64,000 nucleotides of DNA from a virus, in the IMG/VR virus record IMGVR_UViG_3300043409_001462, positions 32,001 to 96,000 of that record. One strand, given 5' to 3'. Shown in pieces: positions 37,648-48,060 of the stretch. Below the pieces are notes generated by a model. It saw only the letters and a program-made list of their open reading frames with translations, did no database searches and was not told the DNA's origin. The translations under genes were made by a program, and so were the position numbers. Each line of letters opens with the position of its first letter. The first letter of the stretch is position 1.

Positions 37648-39695
37648 TGGCATTATTAGATTTATTATTGATGGGTGGTGGTGGTGTTTCCGTTACTTAC
37701 CCAGCAACAGTAACCAATGGTACTCCTTTTACATGGAGAATTGTAAATGGTAAACCTAATGAAGGATGGTGGGGGACCACATCTGGAGCTTTCGTAACAA
37801 CTTTCGGTTCTCAAGCAGCTCCATTTGCATATCTTGATAGTTCTGGAAATGCTACTTACACCAATGGTGATTTTTCTCCGAATTTTGGAACTATAACATT
37901 AACAATTAATTTTCAATCTGGTTCAGTTATTACTAAAACTGTCACAATTTCGAAAGGGGCGACACCAACTGTTACTATGCCAACAGAACAAGACGTTGGA
38001 ACCCCTTTCGATTGGACAATATCTAATGGTAAACCAGATATGTCTTATATTGTAAGATCAACTAACACTTATGCTGGTACTGAAGGAAATTGGGGAACTC
38101 AATTAATTCCATCTACAGGTATTTCAAATATACAAATACTTGACGCTTATGGAAACGCTACAAATAGAATATATAGAACTCCTTCAACGGTTATAAATCC
38201 GTTTGGTTATGGGTGGGATTATGGTACACCAAATGTAGGTAGAACTATAACATTAACATTTACTTTTTCTAACGGCACTTCAGTTACAAAAAATATATAT
38301 GTTTCAGAACCAAGAGTAGCTTTCACATCAAATATATTTTCAGTTGCAGCCGCTACTTATTCTAAAGATTATTATTGGATAATTGCTGGATGTGGTTCTG
38401 GTAAATTATTAGTGTCTACAGATAGAGGTACAAAATTTTATCAAAAAATATTTGCTTATAGAGTTAATGGTGTTTTAACACAAAGAACCGATGTAAATAT
38501 TTTAAATATTAGATATTTTCCAAAATGGGGAACGAACGCAACTGGAATTTGGGTCGCTGCTACTTCTATCGGGTGTTTTTATGGATATACTACATTATGG
38601 TCCAATTCTAATGGGACAGGATTTAATGCTGATACATTTTCATGGATGGAATGGATTCCTTTAACTGATTTGAATAATATATTGACTAATTATTGTGCAG
38701 ATGCAATTTACTGGGATCAGGCTGGTGCAATTTATGCAATAAATGGTGGAATTTGTGCGAGATATGGTTTTTTTGGAGCTGAAATAGGCGTATCAAGAGC
38801 AGCTGCTTTTTCTAAAAGCACAATAACTTATTATAATAGCACAACTTCTACTGAAACAGTAACAAATAATTATATACCTGCAGGTAATTTTACAACAATT
38901 TACGCTCCACCTAATCCATCATCTGTTGCTAGAAGTGCACTTTTGATTGGTGCTAGTGATGGAGAAGTTTATCATTTAGTAGCGGATCCTTATTTAGGGT
39001 CTAATTATCCTTCGTATACAAATAAACCAACTACTAGTGGTTTAGAATTTAGAGGTTATGGAAAAGTTAATGCTTATGACGCACATGCGCAAGTAACTGG
39101 CCCTCGATTTATTAAGAAAATAACATCTACTTATACTGGTACTGGTTCAAGCAGCTTAGACTATAGTTATATGGCTTTGACGCAATACAATATAGCAATA
39201 CCATTTATTTTTTCGTCTACTATTACAAATCATTCTATTCCTAGAACTTGGCAGGATGATCCTTCTACTTTTTATAAATATTATTGGCAAGCTGGATTAA
39301 CTAATGTGCCAACTGTTGGTGTAGCAGGAACAGGTGCTTTCATCGTACAAAAAACATCAGATAGCACTCAAATAGAAACAGCAAGTGGATTTAAATTCAC
39401 ACCACTTATAGGTGGGGATGGATCTGGAAGAATATATAAATTTGGTACAATACCATTTTATAGTGCTACAAATGGCATTTCATCCTCCAAAGATGCAGCA
39501 CTAGCAAATTATGGAATTTTGGCTTGTTGTTCTGTTCCAATAACTGTTTCTGGATATACTGATGCATTTGCTAATATATATGTTGGGTCTATGGGTACAA
39601 TTCAAAAAGAAATTGTATATAATAATAACAGTCAACTGAGTAATGCAATAATAAATAATGGTGGAACAATAAAAAACGTTTACACTCAAGTATAA
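37647..39695 (+). CDS. putative fibre-tip receptor-binding protein (Ig-like repeats plus possible beta-propeller)
   Basis: Coupled to the preceding fibre gene; two P.....GTPF.W.I.NGKP repeats; STD.G Asp-box-like motif; aromatic-rich. Confidence 0.5.
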   Translation: MALLDLLLMGGGGVSVTYPATVTNGTPFTWRIVNGKPNEGWWGTTSGAFVTTFGSQAAPFAYLDSSGNATYTNGDFSPNFGTITLTINFQSGSVITKTVTISKGATPTVTMPTEQDVGTPFDWTISNGKPDMSYIVRSTNTYAGTEGNWGTQLIPSTGISNIQILDAYGNATNRIYRTPSTVINPFGYGWDYGTPNVGRTITLTFTFSNGTSVTKNIYVSEPRVAFTSNIFSVAAATYSKDYYWIIAGCGSGKLLVSTDRGTKFYQKIFAYRVNGVLTQRTDVNILNIRYFPKWGTNATGIWVAATSIGCFYGYTTLWSNSNGTGFNADTFSWMEWIPLTDLNNILTNYCADAIYWDQAGAIYAINGGICARYGFFGAEIGVSRAAAFSKSTITYYNSTTSTETVTNNYIPAGNFTTIYAPPNPSSVARSALLIGASDGEVYHLVADPYLGSNYPSYTNKPTTSGLEFRGYGKVNAYDAHAQVTGPRFIKKITSTYTGTGSSSLDYSYMALTQYNIAIPFIFSSTITNHSIPRTWQDDPSTFYKYYWQAGLTNVPTVGVAGTGAFIVQKTSDSTQIETASGFKFTPLIGGDGSGRIYKFGTIPFYSATNGISSSKDAALANYGILACCSVPITVSGYTDAFANIYVGSMGTIQKEIVYNNNSQLSNAIINNGGTIKNVYTQV

Positions 39696-39707
39696 TTAGG
39701 ATTTGAA

Positions 39708-40301
39708 ATGTCAGAAACAATGAAAAATCTTTTTGCAATCGTTGTAAAAAACGAAATAGTAGAATATCCTGTAAATCCTATGTTCAAATTACCTAATGTA
39801 TCTTTTGATACAAACTGGGAAGGTGGAATTATTCAAGATTTAAATTTTGTTAAGATTAACAGAGTTGATAAGCCATCTTGTAATTTAGGTTGGGATGCTT
39901 TTGAACAACTACCAACATATATCTCAACTACTAGATCATGGAGCCAAAATTGGAAAATCGAATACATTGGTAAATATGCTTTAAAATCTTGGATTTCAAA
40001 TATTAGATATTTAAAAGAAACAAATGGTGTGTTGATTGATAATGTTGCATATAGTACAGATCGTAATTCTCAAAATAAATATTCTACTTTAGCATTAAAC
40101 AATACGAAAACATATTGGAAAATAAATGCTACGGATTTCGTTTATACAGATATGAAAATAATTGACGAAAAAGTTAGAAATTATGTCCATGAATGTTTCG
40201 AAATTGAACGTAAATTTTTTGAAATAATTGATAGCGAAGATATGGATCTTATAGAAAATACAGATTTTGAATCTGGATGGCCAGATAATAATATCGGTTA
40301 G
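39708..40301 (+). CDS. tail fibre assembly chaperone, DUF4376-like
   Basis: VEYP N-terminus, W.Q.W, RY.KETNGV, STDRNSQ, YWK, V.ECFEIE, GWP C-terminus. Confidence 0.65.
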   Translation: MSETMKNLFAIVVKNEIVEYPVNPMFKLPNVSFDTNWEGGIIQDLNFVKINRVDKPSCNLGWDAFEQLPTYISTTRSWSQNWKIEYIGKYALKSWISNIRYLKETNGVLIDNVAYSTDRNSQNKYSTLALNNTKTYWKINATDFVYTDMKIIDEKVRNYVHECFEIERKFFEIIDSEDMDLIENTDFESGWPDNNIG

Positions 40302-40309
40302 GAATAAAA

Positions 40310-41050
40310 ATGGCAGTTCCAGCATCAAGAGAAAATTTCAAAGAGTACTGCCTACGTAAGCTAGGTAAACCTGTCATTGAAATCAACGTAGACGACGATC
40401 AGGTCGACGATCGTATCGATGAAGCTTTGCTCTATTACGCTGATTATCATTTCGATGGAACTGAAAAACAGTATTACAAATATCAGGTAAATCAAACTGA
40501 TATAGACAACAAGTATATTACTCTACCAGAAAATATCATTGGCGCTGTAAATATTTTCCCAGTAGGGCAGGGATTAAATACTAATAACCTTTTCAACATC
40601 CGTTATCAAATCGCATTAAACGATCTTTATACTCTTACATCGGTATCGATGGTGCCATACTACATGGCTCTTACCCATGTTCAATTTCTTGAACAGATGC
40701 TTGTTGGTCAGCAGCAGTTAAGATACAATCGTCATACGAACAAATTTCATGTCGATATGGATTGGAATATTATTAACGTTGGCGAACATCTAATTATCGA
40801 AGCATATCAAGTTGTTGATCCTAATACGTACACTAACGTATGGGGCGATCGTTGGTTAGCTCGTTATACTACTGCTATAATTAAACAGCAGTGGGGAACA
40901 AACATGAAGAAATTTCAAGGTATGCAGTTACCAGGCGGATTAACATTTAACGGTCAGCAAATTTATAATGAAGCTACTGAAGAACGTAAAGAGTTAGAAA
41001 ATGAAATGATCACAAGTTATAGCCTACCAGTTACAGATATGATAGGATAA
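40310..41050 (+). CDS. gp13: neck protein gp13
   Basis: YCLRKLGKPVIEINVDDDQVDDRIDEAL...YHFDG; KQQWGTNMKKF.GMQLPGG. Confidence 0.95.
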   Translation: MAVPASRENFKEYCLRKLGKPVIEINVDDDQVDDRIDEALLYYADYHFDGTEKQYYKYQVNQTDIDNKYITLPENIIGAVNIFPVGQGLNTNNLFNIRYQIALNDLYTLTSVSMVPYYMALTHVQFLEQMLVGQQQLRYNRHTNKFHVDMDWNIINVGEHLIIEAYQVVDPNTYTNVWGDRWLARYTTAIIKQQWGTNMKKFQGMQLPGGLTFNGQQIYNEATEERKELENEMITSYSLPVTDMIG

Positions 41051-41053
41051 GCT

Positions 41054-41611
41054 ATGTTATCATTTAATTTATTTAATCGTTTAGACGAAGATATAAAAAA
41101 AGCATTAGGGTTTGCACGTAGAGCTCATGCTGGACAAACAAGATCAGACAACACACCTTATATTCGTCATCCTGAAAGAGTTGCTGCTACTGTTAAAAAA
41201 TTTAAAAAGTCTCATAATATTGATGCTATCATAAGCGCTGCATATCTTCATGACACTATTGAAGACACTAATACTACTAAAAAAGATTTAGAAAAAATGT
41301 TTGGCGCTCTTGTTGCATCTTTAGTTCAGGATCTTACTTCTGATAAAGAAAAAATATCAAAAGTTGGTAAAACAGAATATCTATCTCAAAAAATGAAAAA
41401 AATGTCTAGTTATGGATTGGTTGTGAAGCTAGCAGATAGATTAGATAACGTACAAGATATCAAGTCAGCAAAAAATGCTGCATGGCGTAATAAATATAAA
41501 AAAGAAACTCTTGATATTTTAAATTTCATAGAAAAAGAAAGACTATTGTCAAATACTCATATGAAAATAATCACAGAAATACGCCGTAAGTTGGCTGAAC
41601 TGGACCACTAA
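41054..41611 (+). CDS. RelA/SpoT-family HD hydrolase (small alarmone hydrolase, Mesh1-like)
   Basis: AHAGQTR, PYIRHP, AAYLHDTIEDT, LVQDLT, VKLADRLDN; no synthetase domain. Confidence 0.9.
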   Translation: MLSFNLFNRLDEDIKKALGFARRAHAGQTRSDNTPYIRHPERVAATVKKFKKSHNIDAIISAAYLHDTIEDTNTTKKDLEKMFGALVASLVQDLTSDKEKISKVGKTEYLSQKMKKMSSYGLVVKLADRLDNVQDIKSAKNAAWRNKYKKETLDILNFIEKERLLSNTHMKIITEIRRKLAELDH

Positions 41612-42354
41612 TGGCAACCAATTTTTTCTTCAATAATTTTCAATCATCTCAAGAGCAGCTGCTACTCGAGAACCTAATTATTGAAGCTATCAAAATATAT
41701 GGCGAAGACATGCTTTATCTCCCACGTAAGCTGGGAAATTTTGATCAGCTATACACTGCTGACGATCAAACCATTTATGATAAAGCTTATCCAGTAGAAA
41801 TGTATATCAAGTCAGTAAATGGGTTTACAGGCGATGGTAACTTTATGTCTAAGTTTGGTCTTGAAATTAGAGACCAGGTTACATTTTCTGTTGCTCAAAG
41901 AGTTTGGCTTGAGGAAATTGGCACAATTACCAATTATACTCGCCCAAATGAAGGCGACGTAATTTACTTTCCATTAAACAAGAAATGCTTTCAAATTAAA
42001 TCAGTAAGCAAGCTTGAAATGTTCTATCAGTTAGGTGCTCTTCAAACTTGGGAATTAACTTGTGAGTTATTCGAATATAGTAACGAACAGTTTAATACTG
42101 GTATACCAGAAATAGATATTATTCAAACTAAATTTTCAACTAACATTCTTGACTATTCAATAACAGATGAAGACGGAATGTATCTAATGGATGAAAATAG
42201 TGATTTTATTACTAGCGAAAAGTATGATTTAGAAACTATCGTCCCAGGCGCGCAAAATAATACTTTAGAGGATGGTACTGTTAATTTCCCAATAGGATCG
42301 AACGACTTTATTGATTTTAGTGTTATTGATCCATTTAGTGAGGGACATATCTAA
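41611..42354 (+). CDS. gp14: neck protein gp14
   Basis: EQLLLENLIIEAIKIYGED..YLPR; FMSKFGLEIRDQ; RPNEGD.IYFP; FYQLG; LTCELFEYS. Confidence 0.95.
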   Translation: MATNFFFNNFQSSQEQLLLENLIIEAIKIYGEDMLYLPRKLGNFDQLYTADDQTIYDKAYPVEMYIKSVNGFTGDGNFMSKFGLEIRDQVTFSVAQRVWLEEIGTITNYTRPNEGDVIYFPLNKKCFQIKSVSKLEMFYQLGALQTWELTCELFEYSNEQFNTGIPEIDIIQTKFSTNILDYSITDEDGMYLMDENSDFITSEKYDLETIVPGAQNNTLEDGTVNFPIGSNDFIDFSVIDPFSEGHI

Positions 42355-43196
42355 TGTTCAATCAAGGTTTTTATTTCGCGTCAATACGTAAATACGTTAC
42401 ACTATTCGGTACGCTTTTCGACGATATTAGTATTACTAGAACAGACAGCGCTGGTAATTTAAACGCTTTTATTAAAGTGCCAATTACATACAGTCCAAAA
42501 GAAAAGATGCTAGCACGTATTGGCAGCGATCCAGATCTCGATCGTCAAACAGCTGTTCCTACTCTGCCAATCATGGCGTTTGAAATGACAGACATTCGAT
42601 ATGATGGTACTAGAAAACTTAGCACTGTTAAAAAAATTGCAGTAGCTAAACCAGAAGACCCAGAAGTTTTAAAGTATCAGTTTGTACCAGTACCATATAA
42701 CATTGGTTTTAGACTTTATGTTATGGTAAAGAACGCTGAAGATGGCACTAAAATTATAGAACAAATTCTTCCATATTTTACTCCTGACTGGACAACTACT
42801 GTTCAGCTTATTCCAGAAATGGAAGTAACTATGGAAATACCATTAATTTTAAACGGTATTTCGCAGGATGATGTTTACGAAGGTAATTTTAAAGAACGTA
42901 GATCTTTAACATGGACTCTTGATTTTAATATGAAAGGGTATATTTTTGGACCAGTTAAAACAGGTAAAATTATCAAGTTTGCTAATAGTGTATTTTATAC
43001 ACCTCAAGGAGCTGATTATGGCGAACTTAGTAAATATGTTGGTAACTCTAGTCCTGTTGCGTTCTTACAAACTCAACCAGGATTGACTGTAGCTAATACG
43101 CCAACATCAAATGCTGCGCTATCAATCGATCCTCGTCTAATAACTGCTACTTCTGATTTTGGATATGTACAATTTAACACAAATGTGGAACCATGA
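42354..43196 (+). CDS. gp15: tail sheath stabilizer/completion protein gp15
   Basis: IRKYVTLFGTLF, KVPITYSPKEK, PVPYNI.F.L, IEQILPYFTP. Confidence 0.95.
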   Translation: MFNQGFYFASIRKYVTLFGTLFDDISITRTDSAGNLNAFIKVPITYSPKEKMLARIGSDPDLDRQTAVPTLPIMAFEMTDIRYDGTRKLSTVKKIAVAKPEDPEVLKYQFVPVPYNIGFRLYVMVKNAEDGTKIIEQILPYFTPDWTTTVQLIPEMEVTMEIPLILNGISQDDVYEGNFKERRSLTWTLDFNMKGYIFGPVKTGKIIKFANSVFYTPQGADYGELSKYVGNSSPVAFLQTQPGLTVANTPTSNAALSIDPRLITATSDFGYVQFNTNVEP

Positions 43197-43612
43197 CAAC
43201 TGGAAACAACAACCCAATATATAATGCTTTAAATTTATCTCCTATGTCCGACCCTGTAAAAGCTATAGTAGCTAAGGCGCATGATGATAGTGCTAGAAAC
43301 GATTTCGAAATGGCTCGTGGTAATATACACGAAGTTATTCAAAATGGCACATACGCAATAGAAAAGCTAGCACAGATAGCTGACTCTTCTCAACATCCAA
43401 GAGCTTTTGAAGTGCTTGCAAAATTAATGGATACTATGCTTCAGGCAAACAAAGATCTTATGGAGCTACAAAAACAAATTCGATCTATTAATGCAGCTGA
43501 CGCTCCTACTAATGAACAAGCACAACAAGTAACAAATAACCTTTTCGTTGGTTCTACAGCAGATCTTCAGAAAGTTATTGAGGAAATGAAAAATGGCGGA
43601 CCAAAGACGTAG
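43193..43612 (+). CDS. gp16: terminase small subunit gp16
   Basis: DFEMAR.NI, HPRAFEV, NNLFVGSTADLQK. Confidence 0.92.
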   Translation: MTTGNNNPIYNALNLSPMSDPVKAIVAKAHDDSARNDFEMARGNIHEVIQNGTYAIEKLAQIADSSQHPRAFEVLAKLMDTMLQANKDLMELQKQIRSINAADAPTNEQAQQVTNNLFVGSTADLQKVIEEMKNGGPKT

Positions 43613-45233
43613 TGGTTATAATGGTAATTCGCTTTTAAAACGCACTAACCAATCAATTGAATGGACACCAGAATTAGTTTCTGAATACGTAAAGTGTTCG
43701 CAAGATCCAATTTACTTTACTGAAACATATATGAAAATTATCAACATCGATCGTGGTTTGGTAAGTTTCAAACTGTATGATTATCAGAGAGAAATGATTA
43801 AATCTTTTGCTGATAATCGATTCAACATTGTTGCCACCGCACGTCAGGCTGGTAAGTCGACTGTTACTTGCGCCTTTATCCTTTGGTATACTATATTCCA
43901 TCCAGAAAAAACTGTTGCTCTACTAGCTAACAAAGGCGAAACGGCTCGCGAAATTCTTCAGCGTATTCAGTTAGCATATCAGTATCTTCCAGCATGGCTT
44001 CAGCAAGGTGTCAAAGAGTTTAGAGCTGGTGCTATCGTTTTCGAAAATAACTCTCGTGTTATCGCAGCTGCTACAAGCTCTGACGCTATCCGTGGTTATT
44101 CTATCAACTTATTGTTTATCGACGAAGCAGCTTTCATCGAAAACTGGGATACGTTCTTTACTTCGGTTTATCCTACTATTTCATCTGGTAAAGAATCTAA
44201 AATTATTCTCGTTTCTACACCAAATGGTTTGAATCACTTCTATGCTATTTGGCAAAATGCTATCGAGAAAAGAAATAACTACCAACCTATAAAAGTATCG
44301 TATGAACGTGTTCCTGGTAGAGATGAAAAATGGAAAACAGACACTCTTTCATCTATGAACTTTAATGTTGAAAAATTCGAGCAAGAATACTGTGTTGAAT
44401 TTATGGGTAGCTCTGGCACGCTTATCGCTGGTTGGAAACTTAAAGAGTTAGTCCATCAAACACCGTTGAATAGCAAAGATGGTTTGTCTGTTTATTGTAA
44501 TCCAATTAAAGATCACAAATATGCAATTGTTGTTGACGTTTCTGAAGGTAGATCTTTAGACTATTCGGCGTTTCAGGTTATTGATGTCACACAAATGCCA
44601 TATCAACAAGCTTGTGTGTATAGAAACAATATGATTACGCCTTTAGATTATGGTGAAATCGTACATAAAGTAGCTATCAATTATAACAAAGCTCCTGTGT
44701 TAGTAGAAGTTAATAATATGGGCGCTCAGGTTAGCCATTCTCTTCATTATGATTTTGAATATGACAATATTCTATTCACAGAAAACAACGGTAGAAACGG
44801 TAAGAAAGTTAGTTCTGGTTATGGAACTGGAATTGATATGGGTGTAAGAACTACCGTTCCTGTTAAAGCAAATGGTTGCTCTCTGCTTAAACTATTGATC
44901 GAACAAAATCAGCTTATCATCAACGACTTCCATACTATCGAAGAACTTTCACGTTTCTCTCGTAAAGGGAAAAGTTATGAAGCTGAAGAGGGAGCTCATG
45001 ACGACCTTGTTATGGGCTTGGTGTTGTTTGGATGGCTATCTGAACAGCAATATTTTAAGGATTACACCGATATAAATACGCTTATGAGATTAAGAGATAA
45101 AACTGACGAAGAGATTATGAGTGATTTATCTCCCTTTGGATTTGTAGATGATGGTAGGGATGATTTTCAAGAAATTATAGACATGACGCCTCGTGGAAAT
45201 TGGATGTCAGAATTAAAAGATGAATATTTATAA
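43593..45233 (+). CDS. gp17: terminase large subunit gp17
   Basis: ARQAGKST Walker A, LFIDEAAF Walker B, STPNG, VDVSEG..DYS, HDDLVM nuclease motifs. Confidence 0.97.
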   Translation: MADQRRSGYNGNSLLKRTNQSIEWTPELVSEYVKCSQDPIYFTETYMKIINIDRGLVSFKLYDYQREMIKSFADNRFNIVATARQAGKSTVTCAFILWYTIFHPEKTVALLANKGETAREILQRIQLAYQYLPAWLQQGVKEFRAGAIVFENNSRVIAAATSSDAIRGYSINLLFIDEAAFIENWDTFFTSVYPTISSGKESKIILVSTPNGLNHFYAIWQNAIEKRNNYQPIKVSYERVPGRDEKWKTDTLSSMNFNVEKFEQEYCVEFMGSSGTLIAGWKLKELVHQTPLNSKDGLSVYCNPIKDHKYAIVVDVSEGRSLDYSAFQVIDVTQMPYQQACVYRNNMITPLDYGEIVHKVAINYNKAPVLVEVNNMGAQVSHSLHYDFEYDNILFTENNGRNGKKVSSGYGTGIDMGVRTTVPVKANGCSLLKLLIEQNQLIINDFHTIEELSRFSRKGKSYEAEEGAHDDLVMGLVLFGWLSEQQYFKDYTDINTLMRLRDKTDEEIMSDLSPFGFVDDGRDDFQEIIDMTPRGNWMSELKDEYL

Positions 45234-45236
45234 ATA
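45229..45236 (+). promoter_or_regulatory. T4-type late promoter TATAAATA for gp18
   Basis: Perfect consensus; AGGAGG RBS follows. Confidence 0.8.
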
Positions 45237-45284
45237 ATTCAAGAAAAAGAACACCTTATCTTTTTTCCACAGGAGGAGAATATC

Positions 45285-47357
45285 ATGCCATTTCAACTAA
45301 GTCCAGGCGTTAATGTTACCGAAATCGACCTAACAGGTATCGTTCCTGCAGTTGCCACTACTGATGGTGCAATTGCTGGCGTTTTTAATTGGGGTCCAGT
45401 CGGTACTAGACAATTAATTGATACAGAAACAAAGTTGGTAGATACGTTTGGTAAACCAAACTCAAACAACTATGAAACTTGGTTCACCAGTTCTAATTTC
45501 CTTTCTTATGGAAATCGCCTTTATGTAACTCGTGTTGCAAACACAACAAATAATGACACTGGTACAATTTCAGCTATCGCTAATTCAGCTTCAGTTTCAA
45601 ACGTAGCTGCTCAAACAGTTAAGAACGTAGCTGATTTCGAAGGTAAAACTTTTGATCCTAACGTATTGTATGTTGCAAGATATCCAGGCGCTCTTGGTAA
45701 CTCATTGAAGATTAGTGTTTGCGATAGCTCTTCGTCTTTCTCTTCATCACTTAAGATGTCTGGGTTAGCTGCAACAGAAGCTTTAGACGTTTCAGCTAAT
45801 CTTGCTGTTGGTATTGGTCAAAGTTATGCAAATCTTAATGTTACACCAGGTTCTGGTGGTAGTGCTATCAACTGTAACACTTACATTACTAATTTGCTTG
45901 CTAACGTTTCTATCGGCGATTACCTTTCAGTAGGTAATACAACTATCGGCAATCAGAATCTTCGTGTTACTAGCATTGGCGCTATTGTTGCAAATTCTAC
46001 TGGCGCATTCGCTACTATTGGTTTAGATACAAACTATCGTCTTGCAACAGCATTCACTACAAATACTACTGTAAATAGCACCGTTACTCGTTCTTGGGAA
46101 GGTAGTATCGCTGTTGGTAATGCTCCTGTAGTTTCTGATTATCAGGCTCAGTTCGGTAACACAGCAGCTGTAGACAGTATTCACGTTATTATCACTGACG
46201 AAAATGGCGCTTTCACTGGAATTCCAGGAACTATTCTAGAAACATTCAATGGTCTTTCACGTTCATCAGATGCTAAGACAGTTGGTGGTCAGGCAAATTT
46301 TTACAAGACAGTTATTAACCAGACATCAAAGTATATTTGGGCTGTTAATGATCGTTCTGGCGCTGTTTCAAATACAGCTACTTCGCTAGTTACATCTACA
46401 AACAAAACACCAGGTTCTTATACATTCACTGGTGGTAAAGATGGCGCCAGCGAACAGGCTATCCCACTAGGTATTTTAGCTAACGGTTATGATCTTTATA
46501 AGTCAGCTGAAGATGTTGATATTTCTCTTATCCTTCAGGGTAAAGCAAGAGGAACTATCGGTACTCACGAACTAGCAAATTATCTAATCGACAACATTTG
46601 CGAACCTCGTAAGGATTGTATCGCTCTTATTTCACCAGATGACAGCGTAGTAACTGGTAATGCTGGAAACGAAGCAGTTAAGCTTGTTGAATGGAGAAAT
46701 TCAGTTCATGACAGTTCTTATGCTGTAATGGATTCTGGTTACAAGTATCAGTACGATCGTTATAACGACGTGTATCGTTGGATTCCATGTAATGGTGACA
46801 TTGCTGGTCTATGCGTACGCACTGACAATAGCCGCGATCCATGGTGGTCACCAGCTGGTTTCAATCGTGGTCAGATCAAGAACCTTGTTAAGCTTCGTTG
46901 GAATCCAAGACAGGCTGATCGCGATATCCTTTATAAGAGCGGAATCAACCCACTAGTATCATTCCCAGGTCAGGGCACAGTACTTTATGGTGATAAAACG
47001 CTTCAGTCTAAGCCATCAGCATTCGATAGAATCAACGTTCGTCGTTTGTTTATTGTTCTTGAGAAGGCAATTGCTACTGCTTCTAAGTTCTTCTTGTTTG
47101 AGTTCAATGATGAATTTACTCGCGCACAGTTTAAGAGCTTGATCACACCATATCTTCGTGACGTACAGGGTCGTCGTGGTATCACTGACTTCTTGGTAGT
47201 TTGCGACGGAACAAACAATACTGGTGAAAGAATTGATCGCAATGAGTTCTGGGGTGATATCTATATTAAGCCAGCACGTTCTATCAACTTCATTCAGTTG
47301 AACTTCGTTGCTGTAAGAACTGGTGTTCAATTCTCCGAAATCGTCGGCAAGTTTTAA
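45285..47357 (+). CDS. gp18: tail sheath protein gp18
   Basis: SPGVNVTEIDLT, F.WGP, SPAG.NRG, SAFDRINVRRLF, PARSINFI.LNF. Confidence 0.97.
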   Translation: MPFQLSPGVNVTEIDLTGIVPAVATTDGAIAGVFNWGPVGTRQLIDTETKLVDTFGKPNSNNYETWFTSSNFLSYGNRLYVTRVANTTNNDTGTISAIANSASVSNVAAQTVKNVADFEGKTFDPNVLYVARYPGALGNSLKISVCDSSSSFSSSLKMSGLAATEALDVSANLAVGIGQSYANLNVTPGSGGSAINCNTYITNLLANVSIGDYLSVGNTTIGNQNLRVTSIGAIVANSTGAFATIGLDTNYRLATAFTTNTTVNSTVTRSWEGSIAVGNAPVVSDYQAQFGNTAAVDSIHVIITDENGAFTGIPGTILETFNGLSRSSDAKTVGGQANFYKTVINQTSKYIWAVNDRSGAVSNTATSLVTSTNKTPGSYTFTGGKDGASEQAIPLGILANGYDLYKSAEDVDISLILQGKARGTIGTHELANYLIDNICEPRKDCIALISPDDSVVTGNAGNEAVKLVEWRNSVHDSSYAVMDSGYKYQYDRYNDVYRWIPCNGDIAGLCVRTDNSRDPWWSPAGFNRGQIKNLVKLRWNPRQADRDILYKSGINPLVSFPGQGTVLYGDKTLQSKPSAFDRINVRRLFIVLEKAIATASKFFLFEFNDEFTRAQFKSLITPYLRDVQGRRGITDFLVVCDGTNNTGERIDRNEFWGDIYIKPARSINFIQLNFVAVRTGVQFSEIVGKF

Positions 47358-47363
47358 TAAATA
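47356..47363 (+). promoter_or_regulatory. late promoter variant AATAAATA for gp19
   Basis: Between gp18 and gp19; aaggag RBS follows. Confidence 0.55.
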
Positions 47364-47390
47364 CATTAAAATCCATTAAGGAGAAAAACA

Positions 47391-47987
47391 ATGGCATCAG
47401 GATTTAATATCAGTACCTTCAAGACAAGAGGTCTTACAATGGGCGGTGCTCGTCCTACACTTTTCGAAGTGTATTTGACACCGCCTCCAGGCATCGGAGT
47501 TGACCAGAATTCTCAGGACAAATTCCGTTTCACTTGTCGTGGAGCATCACTACCAGCTTCTACAATTCAGTCTATCGATGTTGGATACTTTGGTCGTAAG
47601 ATCAAGGTTCAGGGAGATAGAACATTCCAGGATTGGTCAGTAACAGTAATGAACGACGAGGATTTCCTTGTTCGTTCAATGTTTGAAAAGTGGTCAAACG
47701 CTCTTAACAGAATGGAATCAAACATTCGTGATCCTCAATTTGCTGAAGAAGAAAATTCTTACAAGGTTGACATGGATGTTATCCAGTACGGTAAGGACGG
47801 TTCGTTGATTCGTCAGTATACTATTATTGGCGGTTTCCCAACCGATATCTCTGAAATTCAGTTAGATTGGGATACAACTAACCAGATCGAAACATTCACT
47901 GTTAGATTTGCTTATGACTACTGGCTACCAACAGTTGAAGACGTTAACTCATACCTTAGCGATGCTGTTAGCCCTGTTTCAACTTAA
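47391..47987 (+). CDS. gp19: tail tube protein gp19
   Basis: GGARPTLFEV, LPAS, GR.IK..GDRTF.DW.VTV.NDEDF, FPT.IS. Confidence 0.95.
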   Translation: MASGFNISTFKTRGLTMGGARPTLFEVYLTPPPGIGVDQNSQDKFRFTCRGASLPASTIQSIDVGYFGRKIKVQGDRTFQDWSVTVMNDEDFLVRSMFEKWSNALNRMESNIRDPQFAEEENSYKVDMDVIQYGKDGSLIRQYTIIGGFPTDISEIQLDWDTTNQIETFTVRFAYDYWLPTVEDVNSYLSDAVSPVST

Positions 47988-48029
47988 TCTATATAGTTAA
48001 TAGCCTCTTGGAATAGTTTTGTTATTTGG

Positions 48030-48060
48030 AGAGGGGCTGGACCTTAGCCCCTCTTTTATT
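48030..48060 (+). terminator. intrinsic terminator after gp19
   Basis: agaggggctg-gacct-tagcccctct followed by tttattt. Confidence 0.75.

Noticed and set aside
47003-47366. Minus-strand ORFs antisense to gp18, and the many other short minus-strand ORFs
   Set aside because: All lie opposite well-supported + strand genes, have no recognisable motifs, and are expected shadows of biased codon usage
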